The notes: generated from the sequence alone by a model not told the origin. A DNA stretch of 64,000 nt from a candidate division FCPU426 bacterium (GCA_963738405.1 CAVTWJ010000023.1:32001-96000), one strand, 5' to 3'; positions 10,177 to 20,472 are shown, counted from the first letter of the stretch. Program-made: numbers and translations.

Positions 10177-11019
10177 GTGAGGGAAGCCTGTGAAAACCAC
10201 AGGGTTTCCCAAAGGCGAGTCTGTCGGGCCCTCAACCATTCCAGAAGTACCCAACGCTATGTACCACGAATTAGGCCGGATGAACCGCCCTTAGTGGGAC
10301 GAACCATTGAGATGGCTTGCCAGTATGGGCGATATGGCTATCGGCGTGTTTGGGGGCTCTTGAGGAACGAAGGGTGGCGGGTAAACCACAAACGGGTGGA
10401 AAGAATCTGGAGGGAAGCAGGGCTGAAAGTGCCGAAAAAACAGCCGAAACGAAGGAGGCTGTGGTTCAACGACGGGTCATGTATTCGCCTGAGAGCTGAG
10501 CGGCCAAACCATGTTTGGAGTTACGACTTCGTGTCGGACGTGACGAGCGACAAAAGGCCGATGAGGTTTTTGACGGTGATCGACGAGTTCACCCACGAAA
10601 GCCTGGCTCTGCCGGTTCAAAGAAAGTTTACGGCGGACGATGTTCAGGCTGTTCTGGCGGATCTGTTTATCGAGCGAGGAGTACCAGAGTACATTCGTTC
10701 GGACAACGGCCCGGAGTTCACGGCCGAGAGGGTGAAGGATTGGCTGCCGAAAGTGGGCGTGAAAACTTTGTTTATTGAACCTGGAAGCCCATGGGAGAAT
10801 GGCTACAACGAAAGCTTCAATGGGAAATTCAGGGATGAACTACTGGACGGCGAGATATTCGACACGGTTTGGGAAGCACGCGTGATCGCCGAGAAGTGGA
10901 GGAAGGAGTACAATACGAAACGTCCGCACAGTTCACTGGGGTATCGGCCACCCGCCCCAGAGGCGTACAGCATGGAATCAACCAGTCAATTCAGGCCCAT
11001 GCCGACGTCAAGAAACTGA
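10177..11019 (+). CDS. IS3 transposase OrfB (DDE/rve)
   Basis: YGYRRV, WSYDF, IRSDNGPEF, PWENGYNESFNG, RPHSSLGY. Confidence 0.95.
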   Translation: MREACENHRVSQRRVCRALNHSRSTQRYVPRIRPDEPPLVGRTIEMACQYGRYGYRRVWGLLRNEGWRVNHKRVERIWREAGLKVPKKQPKRRRLWFNDGSCIRLRAERPNHVWSYDFVSDVTSDKRPMRFLTVIDEFTHESLALPVQRKFTADDVQAVLADLFIERGVPEYIRSDNGPEFTAERVKDWLPKVGVKTLFIEPGSPWENGYNESFNGKFRDELLDGEIFDTVWEARVIAEKWRKEYNTKRPHSSLGYRPPAPEAYSMESTSQFRPMPTSRN

Positions 11020-11066
11020 GTCTATAGTGTGAGATATGGTGTGGCACTAAAACCGGGGGCAGGTCA

Positions 11067-11848
11067 GAACGATGGTGCCGATTTCTCTCCTCTAAAACAG
11101 CGATTAAAACATTTGTATCTAAATAGAATTCGCTATCTTTAAAAACTTCTTCGCTGAGAATGTAACCTTCAGGATCTATACCAACTGCTTTAGTAAGATA
11201 AAAATTTTGTACCGTGTTCCACTTTATCAAATCGAAATCTGGATCTGGCGAGGTCTTTAAAAATTCAATAAATCCTGTTTTTAATACCTCCGGATTAATT
11301 GATTTGCTTTTATATTTTATAACTAGTGCTGTTATGACTTGTAATACAAAATGACTTGATACAAATGCATCAATAGATTTTTCTTTTTTAAGTGCCAAAA
11401 CATATTCATCTGCAATTTTCGAAAATAAATTTGCTAAAAATTCTAAAAACGGTTCGAAGTAAGCATCAATTGCTTTGGCTTCCGTTAATCTAAATATTCT
11501 TTTAATTACTTTTTTATACCTATCATCAGACTCTTTGCGATTAAATTCGATTTGCTCATATGTCTCTTTAAATAAACTATATTTCCCATCCTCAATATGC
11601 AAATCATTCAACTCAACAAGCTTTGTCAAAACCTCCTCTAATAAAGCAACAGATAAAACAACACCACATTCTTTATGAATTTTTCCAACAATACGATGTA
11701 CATCCAATAATCTCGGATATTCTAAATACAGTGATTGTTTAATTAGCCTCTCAAGAGTTTTTTGCCGTAATAAGCCAATTGTTGGGACGAAACGTATAAC
11801 AGTAGAAAGTAATATCATTCGTTTTCGATATATGTCTATTTCATTCAT
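11067..11848 (-). pseudogene. AT-rich protein truncated by IS3 at the start of a PIN-like domain
   Basis: AAGGAG RBS with ATG at 11848; ...EFYLDTNVLIAVL (PIN beta1 motif), then reads into the IS end at 11066; the remainder is absent beyond the IS. Confidence 0.65.
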
Positions 11849-12131
11849 TCGTTTCTCCTTCAAATTCCTGAAAAATAGAAATTTCAGTATCAACAATCGC
11901 TTTAGGATATTCCATTCCTTACTTATTGACACATTTCTTTTCGATTTTTTATTCAACCCGGAGGGTTGTAGGAGGAAGAAAGTTAACTAGCTATAAAGGA
12001 ATGACACACTCATATACTTAATAAAATAAAAGATCGAAGCCCTCGTAGCTAACCACTCAAAAGATAGTTCAGGGTAAAAACCATAAAGAACACAAACCTC
12101 TTTTCCAACAATACCGTTCCCTTGCTTCCCC

Positions 12132-12340
12132 TCATCGCACCTGGGCCTTCGAGTCCGCAAAGACCTCCGCTTCCTCCGGGCTCATACCGGCTTCCATGGC
12201 CTTTTGCAGAATGGCCTGTCGGCGGGCTTCCTTCTTGGGTAAGGAACCCACGAAAGTCAGTGCCGAATTGTTCCTGTAATGAACCTTGGTCACCATCCGC
12301 TGGTGGAATCCACGGACATAGATGGATTCATAAAGACCCT
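12132..12340 (-). pseudogene. 5'-truncated paralog of the 79-aa ORF at 19300-19539
   Basis: Hand translation LYESIYVRGFHQRMVTKVHYRNNSALTFVGSLPKKEARRQAILQKAMEAGMSPEEAEVFADSKAQVR*; an in-frame TAG lies just upstream and the N-terminus is missing. Confidence 0.75.
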
Positions 12341-12509
12341 GCCTCCCCCCCTACTCCTCTAGTCCATAACCTACGGTCTGCCTTGCCTGCTCCCTCCCAT
12401 TACCCCCACCTCCCACTTAACTTTCAGCTTAAAGCTGTATTATCGTAACGAAAGGTATCTCCTCAACGTCTAACCATTCATCCCCTTCTATAAAAGGAAT
12501 TGGTATTTC

Positions 12510-13109
12510 ATGGAACGTGTATGTGTTTTCATTGATGGAAGCAATTTCTACTTCGCCTTAAAGCGCAACAACCGTGCAACCAGGGTGGATTATTACCAGT
12601 TAAGCCTTGCCCTGGCCGGACCCGACCGGCAACTGATCCGCACCTATTACTACAATGTCGCCTACGACAAAACCCAATTTCCCGACAAAGCCAAAACGCA
12701 AATGTCCTTCCTGGACTCCCTGGATCGGACCCCCTATTTGGAACTGCGTTTAGGCCGCTTGGTTTCCACATTCGATGGTAACGTTCAGGAAAGGGGCATG
12801 GACGTTTTAATTGCTTCCGATATGGTCTATTACGCCGCCCGCAAGGCCTGTGATACGGCTATTGTGGTAACAGAGGACGCTGTTTATTCCTCGGTCTTGG
12901 AGGAGGTAAAGGAATTGGGCCTGCACGTTGAAATCGCCACCTTCCAGGACAACCAAAGCCGGGAGCTTATTCGAGCATCTGACCTCCGAATTCCCCTGGA
13001 TACAGTCTTGGATCGATTCTCAACCAAAATATTCCCATCCGACGTTGATGACAATCGCGGTGGCACGGCAGATCGGGTTGGAAAGGTTCTAAAATCGTTC
13101 ATAAAGTAA
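12510..13109 (+). CDS. NYN (LabA/DUF88) PIN-fold nuclease domain protein
   Basis: VFIDGSN, QERGMDVLIASDM, IVVTEDAVY, ELIRASD motifs. Confidence 0.85.
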   Translation: MERVCVFIDGSNFYFALKRNNRATRVDYYQLSLALAGPDRQLIRTYYYNVAYDKTQFPDKAKTQMSFLDSLDRTPYLELRLGRLVSTFDGNVQERGMDVLIASDMVYYAARKACDTAIVVTEDAVYSSVLEEVKELGLHVEIATFQDNQSRELIRASDLRIPLDTVLDRFSTKIFPSDVDDNRGGTADRVGKVLKSFIK

Positions 13110-13110
13110 A

Positions 13111-13359
13111 TTGGGATGTGTGTTTATGACAAAGGAATCTCTTCCCCCAGGTAGCCATGTAATCCATACCAAGACGCAGGTTATCGGTACGGTCATCAAA
13201 GAAATCGACGACTTTGTTTGCGTCAGGATCGCCAAGGACAAACCTCCGGTGGTTTGGAAAAGGGATGAACTGACTATCTGGAACGGAATGGAAGAAATTC
13301 AAAAGAGGCTCAAGCAAGGCGGGTGTATTAGGGATATCTTTCTGAAAATGACGGATTAA
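13111..13359 (+). CDS. Small hypothetical protein (SH3/Tudor-like beta pattern)
   Basis: Immediately follows the NYN gene; PGSHVIH...GTV pattern. Confidence 0.45.
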   Translation: MGCVFMTKESLPPGSHVIHTKTQVIGTVIKEIDDFVCVRIAKDKPPVVWKRDELTIWNGMEEIQKRLKQGGCIRDIFLKMTD

Positions 13360-13396
13360 GTTTCACTTACAACTTGCTTATTTTTAACCTTTACCG

Positions 13397-15757
13397 TCAA
13401 TTGAGTTTACTGTTCACCATCTCTTCGATCTCCCTGATAAAGGTCTTCTGCTTTTCGTTCCCCGGACGAATAAAGAATAGTTGTTTCCGTGCCCTAGTGA
13501 TCGCCACGTACATCAAGCGCCTTTCCTCGGCATTCTGAAAGTTTTCCCTCGGGGCAGCAACCAAATCTAAAACAGGGTCGTCTTCAATAACGCTCGGGAA
13601 GCTATTCTTCTTGGGCGGTATGATAAAAACATAATCCGCTTCCAACCCTTTTGATTTATGGATGGTCATATATTCAATTTTCAGGCTTTTGAAGGTTTTT
13701 TGTAATTCGGTTAAATATACTGGGACATCTTCGTTGTAACGCCCCAAAAAGTAGACGCTGGCCCCTTTTCCTCTTTCAAACTTATCGATTGTTTCAATAA
13801 ACTTTTTCACGATGCTTAGATTATGAACCCAAATGACTAGATTTTTTTTGGGGGTTTGATGAAAGCTCCTGACCGTCTTTGATCGTTGATGAGGATTCTT
13901 TTCTATAAACTTTTTCCCTAAATCGACCACATTCGGGTATGACCGGTAGTTGACCCCTATTTCCACCACCTTATTGTTTGGAAACCTTTTTTCAAAATTT
14001 TGGATCATTCCTACGTCGCTACCATTAAACCGGTAGATGGATTGCCAGTCATCACCGACGAAAAATAGATGGCAATTATCGTTTTTATCCCCAATAGCCC
14101 GGATTAACTTAATAGCTCCCTGGGCCGTATCCTGGAACTCATCGACAATGATGTAACGAAACCTCAAACCCAATACCGGGAAAGCCTGAGTAACGTATTG
14201 TAGGGATTTATTCAGCATATCGCCAAAATCAATTTGTCCCTCCGACTCAATGGATGATTGGTAGGAATCGTAAAAGATCCTGAAAATTTTGAGGAAAGCT
14301 AGGTTACGCAACCTGTAGATGCTCGGCCCGTCCTGTGCCCTTACCGTTAAATCCTCAAAATTCAGGCCGCTGGTCTTAAAAAGGTCCGCAAACTTCCTAA
14401 GGATTTTATTCAGGAATTGGCTGACATCGCTTTTCCGGATTAGCTTATCCAGGTCAACCGGCTGTTCACTGAATTTGACCCCCTCCCCTCGAAGCATCTT
14501 TTCTAATTCTGTCTCAAGGATGCCATCGGCTTGTTGATGGCTGTATGTGCAAATTAATTTCGTATTATTGGTCTTGTGGAGCAATTCCTTCCATTTCATT
14601 CCCTCAACGTACTTTTTCTTTTCTTCATTCGTGAACCAAGGCGGAGGATTCCCTTTTTTATCCACTCCAAAATGTTCAAGATAAATCCCATAGTCCGTCA
14701 AATAAAAATCAGGCTGGTACTGCCTTTTCTCCAGAGTTTCGGTTGGAATTTCGTATGGCTTTTCGTATTCAAAACTCACTCCTTTTCTGAAAAGAAAATT
14801 TGCAATGACTTTTTCCTCAAGGCTTTTGACTTTATGGTTCGAAAGAGTGTAAAGGTCCCCAAGGTCCGCCACATACTCATCCCATTCTTTTTTCGTCTCA
14901 AAATCATATTTGGGAATATACGGCTTTAGGTAACCCGAGAAATAATTGAGAACCCCTTCATAGAATTCCTTATTCTTTAGGTAAAGGTCTTTAAAAATTT
15001 GAAAATCCAGGAAACCTTGGCTGTTTCGAGTAAGAGCGTCGTCCTTTTCCAACATCCGGGGTTTCTTTTTCGAACCCCTGGTGATGATTTGGTAACCCAG
15101 ACTATGGATTGTACGGCATTCAACATCCCCTATCCCGTACCAGTCTTTTACCCGACGTTTCATTTCCTCTGCGGCCTTCTTTCCGAAAGTCAAAAGCAGG
15201 ATATCCCCCGGATCAACCTTCTTACATTTCACTAGGTAACCCACTTTAGCCGCGATCACAGCCGTTTTACCGCTTCCGGCACCCGCCAAGACAAGGGTGT
15301 TGTCCTCGTCGCATATAACCGCCCGGCGTTGGTCATCATCCAAGGGGTTTGAACCGGACTTATCAAAAAAGTTCTTAAAGTTGGTTAATTCATGGCTAAC
15401 GAAGGTTTGGTTGTAGGAGTCTCTTGGTTGTAGTTCATCATTGCAAAGGGAACCGAATTGTTTCCACTTCTTCATCAGTTCAGGTTCAAAATTGAAATCA
15501 GCCAACAAATCAAAACCTTTTTCAATAACAACCACCGTTTTGCTTAACCAAACCTGGGCTTTCTTTTGATTAAAATATCCAGCGCCAAATTCCTGGTAAC
15601 CATTAAATTCATTAATCAGGGATTCCATTTCGGCTTGAAAAGCTTTGCCTTTTCCAGGCTCCAATTTTCTTTTGAGAAAATTCGGTTTGAATTTACGGAA
15701 CAATCTTGCGAAGAAATCCCACAAATGGCCTTCATTTTTTTTGGACCTATCCATCAA
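13397..15757 (-). CDS. UvrD/HelD-like SF1 helicase with an inserted PD-(D/E)xK-like segment
   Basis: VLAGAGSGKT, IIVDEFQD, VGDDWQSIYRFNG, NYRS, TIHKSKGLEAD, EERRLMYVAITRAR; insert VKSLEE...YQPDFYL...IYLEHFG. Confidence 0.9.
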   Translation of the reverse strand: MMDRSKKNEGHLWDFFARLFRKFKPNFLKRKLEPGKGKAFQAEMESLINEFNGYQEFGAGYFNQKKAQVWLSKTVVVIEKGFDLLADFNFEPELMKKWKQFGSLCNDELQPRDSYNQTFVSHELTNFKNFFDKSGSNPLDDDQRRAVICDEDNTLVLAGAGSGKTAVIAAKVGYLVKCKKVDPGDILLLTFGKKAAEEMKRRVKDWYGIGDVECRTIHSLGYQIITRGSKKKPRMLEKDDALTRNSQGFLDFQIFKDLYLKNKEFYEGVLNYFSGYLKPYIPKYDFETKKEWDEYVADLGDLYTLSNHKVKSLEEKVIANFLFRKGVSFEYEKPYEIPTETLEKRQYQPDFYLTDYGIYLEHFGVDKKGNPPPWFTNEEKKKYVEGMKWKELLHKTNNTKLICTYSHQQADGILETELEKMLRGEGVKFSEQPVDLDKLIRKSDVSQFLNKILRKFADLFKTSGLNFEDLTVRAQDGPSIYRLRNLAFLKIFRIFYDSYQSSIESEGQIDFGDMLNKSLQYVTQAFPVLGLRFRYIIVDEFQDTAQGAIKLIRAIGDKNDNCHLFFVGDDWQSIYRFNGSDVGMIQNFEKRFPNNKVVEIGVNYRSYPNVVDLGKKFIEKNPHQRSKTVRSFHQTPKKNLVIWVHNLSIVKKFIETIDKFERGKGASVYFLGRYNEDVPVYLTELQKTFKSLKIEYMTIHKSKGLEADYVFIIPPKKNSFPSVIEDDPVLDLVAAPRENFQNAEERRLMYVAITRARKQLFFIRPGNEKQKTFIREIEEMVNSKLN

Positions 15758-15918
15758 TAACCAATCTTATGAATTTTGGCGCACGGTTTTTTCAACTTTT
15801 AATCTCACTCACGGTTTCCATTCTCCTTTTTACTTTTTGGAGTTTTGATGGCTTGAAGCCAACAAAGTCAGAAGAACGAATTTCGTTTTAATATCCTTTT
15901 TCTTATTCATTTCATTCA

Positions 15919-16398
15919 TCACCTTGGCTCAAATAGCTTTCTCAATTTTTCAATGTAATCCACCGGCAGATGATGTTCCACCGCTCCTGTTAAAATGACG
16001 TTTAGATAGTCTCTGCTGGGCCTATAGATTCCCTTTTTTATAACCTCGTAGGTAATAACATCGGATACCGATTTCTCACCCACCAGAATTTCAACCCGAA
16101 ATTGCCTATAAACACCCGAGGGGACCCCCTCTTTCATGTCAATGTTATCTAAAGACCTTTTGTCCGTTTCAAATAAAACTCCCCAGACCGTCTCATTTAT
16201 TCTTCTCACAATATCGGCGACCCCTCCGTTGCGGCGGTTTGATTTGTGAGTAAACGCCAATTGAAAATCTTTCAAGATGGCAACTTTAGGGTTGTTGAGG
16301 CTGATTTTGGAATGGTTTTCAACACACCATTTTCCCAGGTCTTCCGAATTCATATTTGAGCCATACGCGAAATAAAGGAAGGAATTGGATTGGTTCAT
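15919..16398 (-). CDS. Gamma-glutamylcyclotransferase (AIG2-like) family protein
   Basis: LYFAYGSNM, GGVADI, VWGVLF, DMKEG..Y, PSRDYL; ATG 16398 preferred over the track start. Confidence 0.85.
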   Translation of the reverse strand: MNQSNSFLYFAYGSNMNSEDLGKWCVENHSKISLNNPKVAILKDFQLAFTHKSNRRNGGVADIVRRINETVWGVLFETDKRSLDNIDMKEGVPSGVYRQFRVEILVGEKSVSDVITYEVIKKGIYRPSRDYLNVILTGAVEHHLPVDYIEKLRKLFEPR

Positions 16399-16531
16399 TT
16401 TGTTTATTCCGGGATTAATTTTTACGGATTTTACCCCTTCTCCAGAATGGTGTGGACGGAAGAAAATCCTCCGGCTTTTGAAGAATGAATGATCCACTCA
16501 TAAAAGGGGAGGTTGAAGCCCACGGACCGGG

Positions 16532-17551
16532 CTAACTATTTTTTCCGTTAATCTCAATTTGAATTTTCTCACAACCTGCCATGATCTTCCCAAAACTTGG
16601 CGGGCTTTGGATCAAACCCGCTTCCGTCATTTTTCCATAATCCGCTTCTAAATCACTGTAAGCCTTGCCCTCGGGAACCAATTGGATCTTCCCCTTTATG
16701 GCATCAAGGTAACTGATGGGTTTCCCTTTTGAATCCTTTTCCTTGAAAAACATTCCCTTGTGACGGGCAACGCTCAGGGCCAAGTCCCTGTCCCCCAGGG
16801 CGTCCGCGAAATAAACCGTTTGTGATATTTCAACCAGGTCGTACCAATGGCGAGAAAATCGCACGCTGGGAGCTTCCTTTTGGCGGCAATAGACATGAAC
16901 CGCAGTGGCTTTCTCCCAAAAGGTTCTTTCAATGCGCATGACATTGGGTGAAGCTTCGGGAAATACCAATTCCGGCATCTTGGCTGCCATATCACAAGTG
17001 ATGAGTTTCTTTTCATTCGGCTCACCGGTTGACCGCGCGCCAAACTCAAGTTGTACCGAGGGGCTAACATAATCGGAGCTTTCGGTTAAGGGCGGGTAAT
17101 AGATCAGGAGTTTTTCCCCTTCCTTCCCACTGGTAGCGAGCCTGGCATCCAGCTTGTTTTGTTTGAGGGCTTCCGAAAGGATCGGCCTGACTTTCCCGGT
17201 AATCCAACCCGGTAGGCTTTTCCTGATTATGTCGGACCATTTTTTCGCCTTGCTGGCGGTGGCGGGAATACCGTTTTCACCGGCCTTAATTTCAGGGATG
17301 AATTCGCGGATGTCGCAGGTCAGGTCGATATCCTCTGAGAAGCGGTTGATGGCGTTATAGGCTTTGGAAAGCGACGTTCCGCCCTTGAAAGTAAGTGCCG
17401 GGGCGATTGCGGATTGGAAAAGCGCCGATAGGGTCCAGACAACCCAAACGTCCTTTTCCAGCAGGTAGGCCGGGCTTCCTATCCTTGCCGAGGCGGCTTG
17501 CAGGGCTTCCTTGCGATCCGACCTTGAAAGGGAAAAGTAGGACTCAGCCAA
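16532..17551 (-). CDS. AbiEii-type nucleotidyltransferase toxin (type IV TA)
   Basis: LEKDVWV, FKGGTSLSK, RFSEDIDL, RTFWEK, SRHWYDL. Confidence 0.9.
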   Translation of the reverse strand: MAESYFSLSRSDRKEALQAASARIGSPAYLLEKDVWVVWTLSALFQSAIAPALTFKGGTSLSKAYNAINRFSEDIDLTCDIREFIPEIKAGENGIPATASKAKKWSDIIRKSLPGWITGKVRPILSEALKQNKLDARLATSGKEGEKLLIYYPPLTESSDYVSPSVQLEFGARSTGEPNEKKLITCDMAAKMPELVFPEASPNVMRIERTFWEKATAVHVYCRQKEAPSVRFSRHWYDLVEISQTVYFADALGDRDLALSVARHKGMFFKEKDSKGKPISYLDAIKGKIQLVPEGKAYSDLEADYGKMTEAGLIQSPPSFGKIMAGCEKIQIEINGKNS

Positions 17552-18140
17552 GTTGGCCGGCTTCGCCCAGCAATCGGGCGATCCATTCCGGGAATGAGGC
17601 CCTCGAAGCGACCATCACTTTCCACTCTTCCTTTGAGATTTTTTGCCGGATTTTGACAAGGGCCTCCTGCCCATGCGCCTGTCCAATCCAGGCCAAGGCC
17701 CGGACGGCCATTCCGGCAGGCCGGTTGCCCAGGGACAACTGCCACCGGGGCGCGTGCCTGAAACGAATGGTTCGTTTCCCGAGTTTCATGGTGCGGTTCC
17801 TGCCGGATGTGAAGAACACTTCCTCGACGGGAACCTGGGTGGTCAGGCCAAGTGCGTTGGCCGCGACCGCGCCATTCGGGGACACTTCCTCCCCTTTTTT
17901 GACCGCGATGGACTGGATGACGGCTTCCGGCGAGGGGGGGCGGCTGCCAAAACGACCTACCACGGGGGCCACATATGCGCCTCTCTCAACCCGGATCAAT
18001 TTCCCGGCTTTCGTCAGGCGGGTAAAAGCCTGATCCACGGCGGCGCGGGTGTTTTTTCCCAAAAACTCCTTGGGGGACAATACGCTTCCCTCCGGCTTTG
18101 CCTTGGACGAGCTAAGAATGGATTCAATGAGGGGGCTCAT
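17544..18140 (-). CDS. AbiEi-like / DUF6088 antitoxin
   Basis: RAAVDQAFTRL...G.L.RV.RG.Y, AANALGLTTQVP; overlaps the toxin start. Confidence 0.85.
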   Translation of the reverse strand: MSPLIESILSSSKAKPEGSVLSPKEFLGKNTRAAVDQAFTRLTKAGKLIRVERGAYVAPVVGRFGSRPPSPEAVIQSIAVKKGEEVSPNGAVAANALGLTTQVPVEEVFFTSGRNRTMKLGKRTIRFRHAPRWQLSLGNRPAGMAVRALAWIGQAHGQEALVKIRQKISKEEWKVMVASRASFPEWIARLLGEAGQLG

Positions 18141-18155
18141 GGGAAATAACTCCTT

Positions 18156-18185
18156 ATGTCAGAATTATATGTCCTTTTCTGACAT
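18156..18185. promoter_or_regulatory. Inverted repeat, probable AbiE autoregulatory operator
   Basis: ATGTCAGAA-N12-TTCTGACAT immediately upstream of the antitoxin gene. Confidence 0.65.
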
Positions 18186-18316
18186 CTATCAAGGAGCCAT
18201 CTTTTGGGTTCCCGGAGGAAGTAATGGGTATGGGAGGGGGGGAAATCCGGTTTCCACGGATTAAATATTCGGTTCTCATTTATTTCTTCCGCCGTCAAAC
18301 CAGCCGGTACCCGTTT

Positions 18317-18844
18317 TTATCCTTCTTCCGTGGCCGATGGTTTGATTTCTACCGTATCCATGCACACTTCTTGGAATACCTTGAGTGCCAATAGCTCCAC
18401 TTCCCTAAAACCAAAAAGCGCTCCATCCCGGACCCATTCCTTCGGTGAGACCGGGGAATCTCCGGAAAGTTTGATGGTTCCCGGGTCCATAACCCAGTAC
18501 TTCACCATGCTTTTGGCGGCTTCCTGAATCCGGTTAAGCTTTTCTGAAAGCCAGGGCCGGAAATCCCAATCCTCAGGACGTTCGGTATGACGGATGGTGA
18601 ACTTTTCATTCTCTTGCATTGATTCATGGGGAATACCGTGGAATTCCCCGGCTTCTTTTGCGGGAACAATAAGCTCATAGGCGGCAAGGGCATTGCTCAA
18701 AATGCGGAGCATTTCAAAATGAATATCAGGACGTTTATCCGTATCCTTCAGATAGCTTTCCAAAGGTTTTTTGATTCGTTTGCAATCTTCGAGTATCGCT
18801 GATAATCGCCGGGTTAATTCCGAAGCTGGATCACTAGACGCCAT
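18317..18844 (-). CDS. Hypothetical protein
   Basis: GGAGG RBS with ATG at 18844; protein-like composition; no family recognised. Confidence 0.55.
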   Translation of the reverse strand: MASSDPASELTRRLSAILEDCKRIKKPLESYLKDTDKRPDIHFEMLRILSNALAAYELIVPAKEAGEFHGIPHESMQENEKFTIRHTERPEDWDFRPWLSEKLNRIQEAAKSMVKYWVMDPGTIKLSGDSPVSPKEWVRDGALFGFREVELLALKVFQEVCMDTVEIKPSATEEG

Positions 18845-19299
18845 TATTTGCCTCCCGCAAAAGGTAAGGATAAGAGAATAATAATTATAGTTCAAACCCG
18901 CTGGAATTTTATGTTTAACACGGTTCGAAGCGATAACCGAGGATAAATTCCATGGCCCGATTTTCCTCAAACAAAAATCGGCCGCTTACCAATTTTTCCC
19001 GGTACTTGCCAATCCTAGACTTCTTTTGACTGTTCGTCATCCTGCATTTTCCCCGGAATTCCGCGAATGATTCACCCTGCCCGGAAGGGGCTTTAGCTGA
19101 TATAAGCCTTCCGGCTTCAGAGGAAGGACTGATTAAATATCAACAAGATGGAATTGAAGCCCTCGGAGCTGAATATTTCATCGATAGGGCTGGTTAGAGG
19201 CCATAAAGAACCCAACCTTCTTTTCAAAAACACGCGCCACCACCGGGGTCACGAAGGCAACACCGGCCCGGTGGCGGTTGGTTCCTCTGATTCTCCTCA

Positions 19300-19539
19300 T
19301 CAAACCTGAGCCTTTGAGTCCGCGAAAACCTCCGCTTCCTCGGGTGTCATTCCAGCTTCCATCGCTTTCTGGATGACGGCTTGTCGGCGGGCTTCCTTCT
19401 TTGGTAAAGAACCGCTAAAAGTTAATGTGCTCTTGTTCCTAAAATAGACCTTGGTAACTAACCGCTGTTGGTATCCACGAACAAAAACCGATTCATAAAG
19501 GACCTTTTTGATTCCTGGAATTTCTATGTTTAACTCCAT
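19300..19539 (-). CDS. Small hypothetical protein (leading-region operon)
   Basis: Last gene of the ardC operon; a diverged copy at 12132-12340 preserves the frame, supporting coding status. Confidence 0.7.
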   Translation of the reverse strand: MELNIEIPGIKKVLYESVFVRGYQQRLVTKVYFRNKSTLTFSGSLPKKEARRQAVIQKAMEAGMTPEEAEVFADSKAQV

Positions 19540-19542
19540 GGC

Positions 19543-19791
19543 CTAATCTCCTTTCCGAATTTCATCCCCTTGATCCGGATCGCAATCCGGGCAAATCTTC
19601 CCCAAGTCCTGAACCCGGACGTACATCCGTGTCCCACAAACCCGGCAATAGGAATAAAAGTAATAGGGCGTCTCAAACCCCATCTTCTCCGGCCTTTCGC
19701 CCTGCTTGATTCCCTGGTTCATTCTGTCCCCCTTCCCGTTTCCCTTGGTTTGGCGTTCCATGGATTCCCCCTCCTGGCCGTTAAGGACCAT
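19543..19791 (-). CDS. Small zinc-ribbon-like protein
   Basis: CRVCG...CPDC; operonic spacing. Confidence 0.55.
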   Translation of the reverse strand: MVLNGQEGESMERQTKGNGKGDRMNQGIKQGERPEKMGFETPYYFYSYCRVCGTRMYVRVQDLGKICPDCDPDQGDEIRKGD

Positions 19792-19987
19792 CCGAAAATT
19801 CCTTTACGACTCTCAGGTAATTGCCCATCACGGCCTGGAAGTAAGGGGAGCAGGAAATTTTCCCGCAAGCGGCCAAAGGTTCTTCCCCTGGATTCTCCTT
19901 TTTGAATTCCTGGATTTTCTCCTCAGGAACCTCCAATTCCGTCCCGCACACCCAACAATTCATTTTCATTACAAATTCTCCTTTCAA
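19781..19987 (-). CDS. Small Cys-containing hypothetical protein
   Basis: CWVCG...CGKISC; overlaps the RadC stop. Confidence 0.5.
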   Translation of the reverse strand: MKGEFVMKMNCWVCGTELEVPEEKIQEFKKENPGEEPLAACGKISCSPYFQAVMGNYLRVVKEFSDGP

Positions 19988-20460
19988 AGAAGTCCCGCAT
20001 GGCGGAACGAAAAATGGCCCTCGTGGGCGACGATCAAATGGTCATGGACAGTCACCCCCAAAGCCTTGGCGGCGGTCGAAACCTGCCGGGTTAGGGCCCG
20101 GTCCCCCTCGGAGGGTTCCAGGCTTCCCCCAGGATGGTTATGCGCCAAAATAACGCCGGATGCTTTTAGCTCCAGGGCGCGGCGGCATATCTCCCTTGGA
20201 TAAACCGCCGTATGGTCCACGGTTCCCTCCCCTTCCAGCACCACGTCCAAAATGTGGTTGCGGTGGTCCAGGTACATGCAAAGGAAAGCCTCGTTGGATT
20301 TCCCCCCGATGAACCTTTTGAAGTAACCCGCCGCATCCTCCGGGACGACCACGACCGGCCCCCGCTTATAAGTTTCACGCGCCTCCATCCACGACGTGGG
20401 CGGAACGGTCGGCGCGGGGAAAGCATCCAGGTTGAATCTCATGACAAGTTGTCTTTTCAT
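19984..20460 (-). CDS. RadC-like JAB-domain protein
   Basis: EAFLCMYLD, GTVDHTAVYPREI, ILAHNHPGG..EPSEGD, VHDHLIV. Confidence 0.9.
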   Translation of the reverse strand: MKRQLVMRFNLDAFPAPTVPPTSWMEARETYKRGPVVVVPEDAAGYFKRFIGGKSNEAFLCMYLDHRNHILDVVLEGEGTVDHTAVYPREICRRALELKASGVILAHNHPGGSLEPSEGDRALTRQVSTAAKALGVTVHDHLIVAHEGHFSFRHAGLL

Positions 20461-20472
20461 GGCGGCCCCCTT

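Larger units (their letters stand above)
9800..11066 (+). mobile_element. IS3-family insertion sequence
   Basis: Ends TGACCTGCCCCC (9800) and GGGGGCAGGTCA (11066); orfA/orfB; no flanking target duplication (AAAT vs GAAC). Confidence 0.95.

Noticed and set aside
10991..11066. C-terminal tail DLPPVLVPHH... of the 321-aa ORF
   Set aside because: Read-through into the IS3 right end, not native protein.
19984..20460. RadC JAB as part of the ubiquitin-like system
   Set aside because: Typical mobile-element RadC beside ardC, about 30 kb from the E1/E2 operon.
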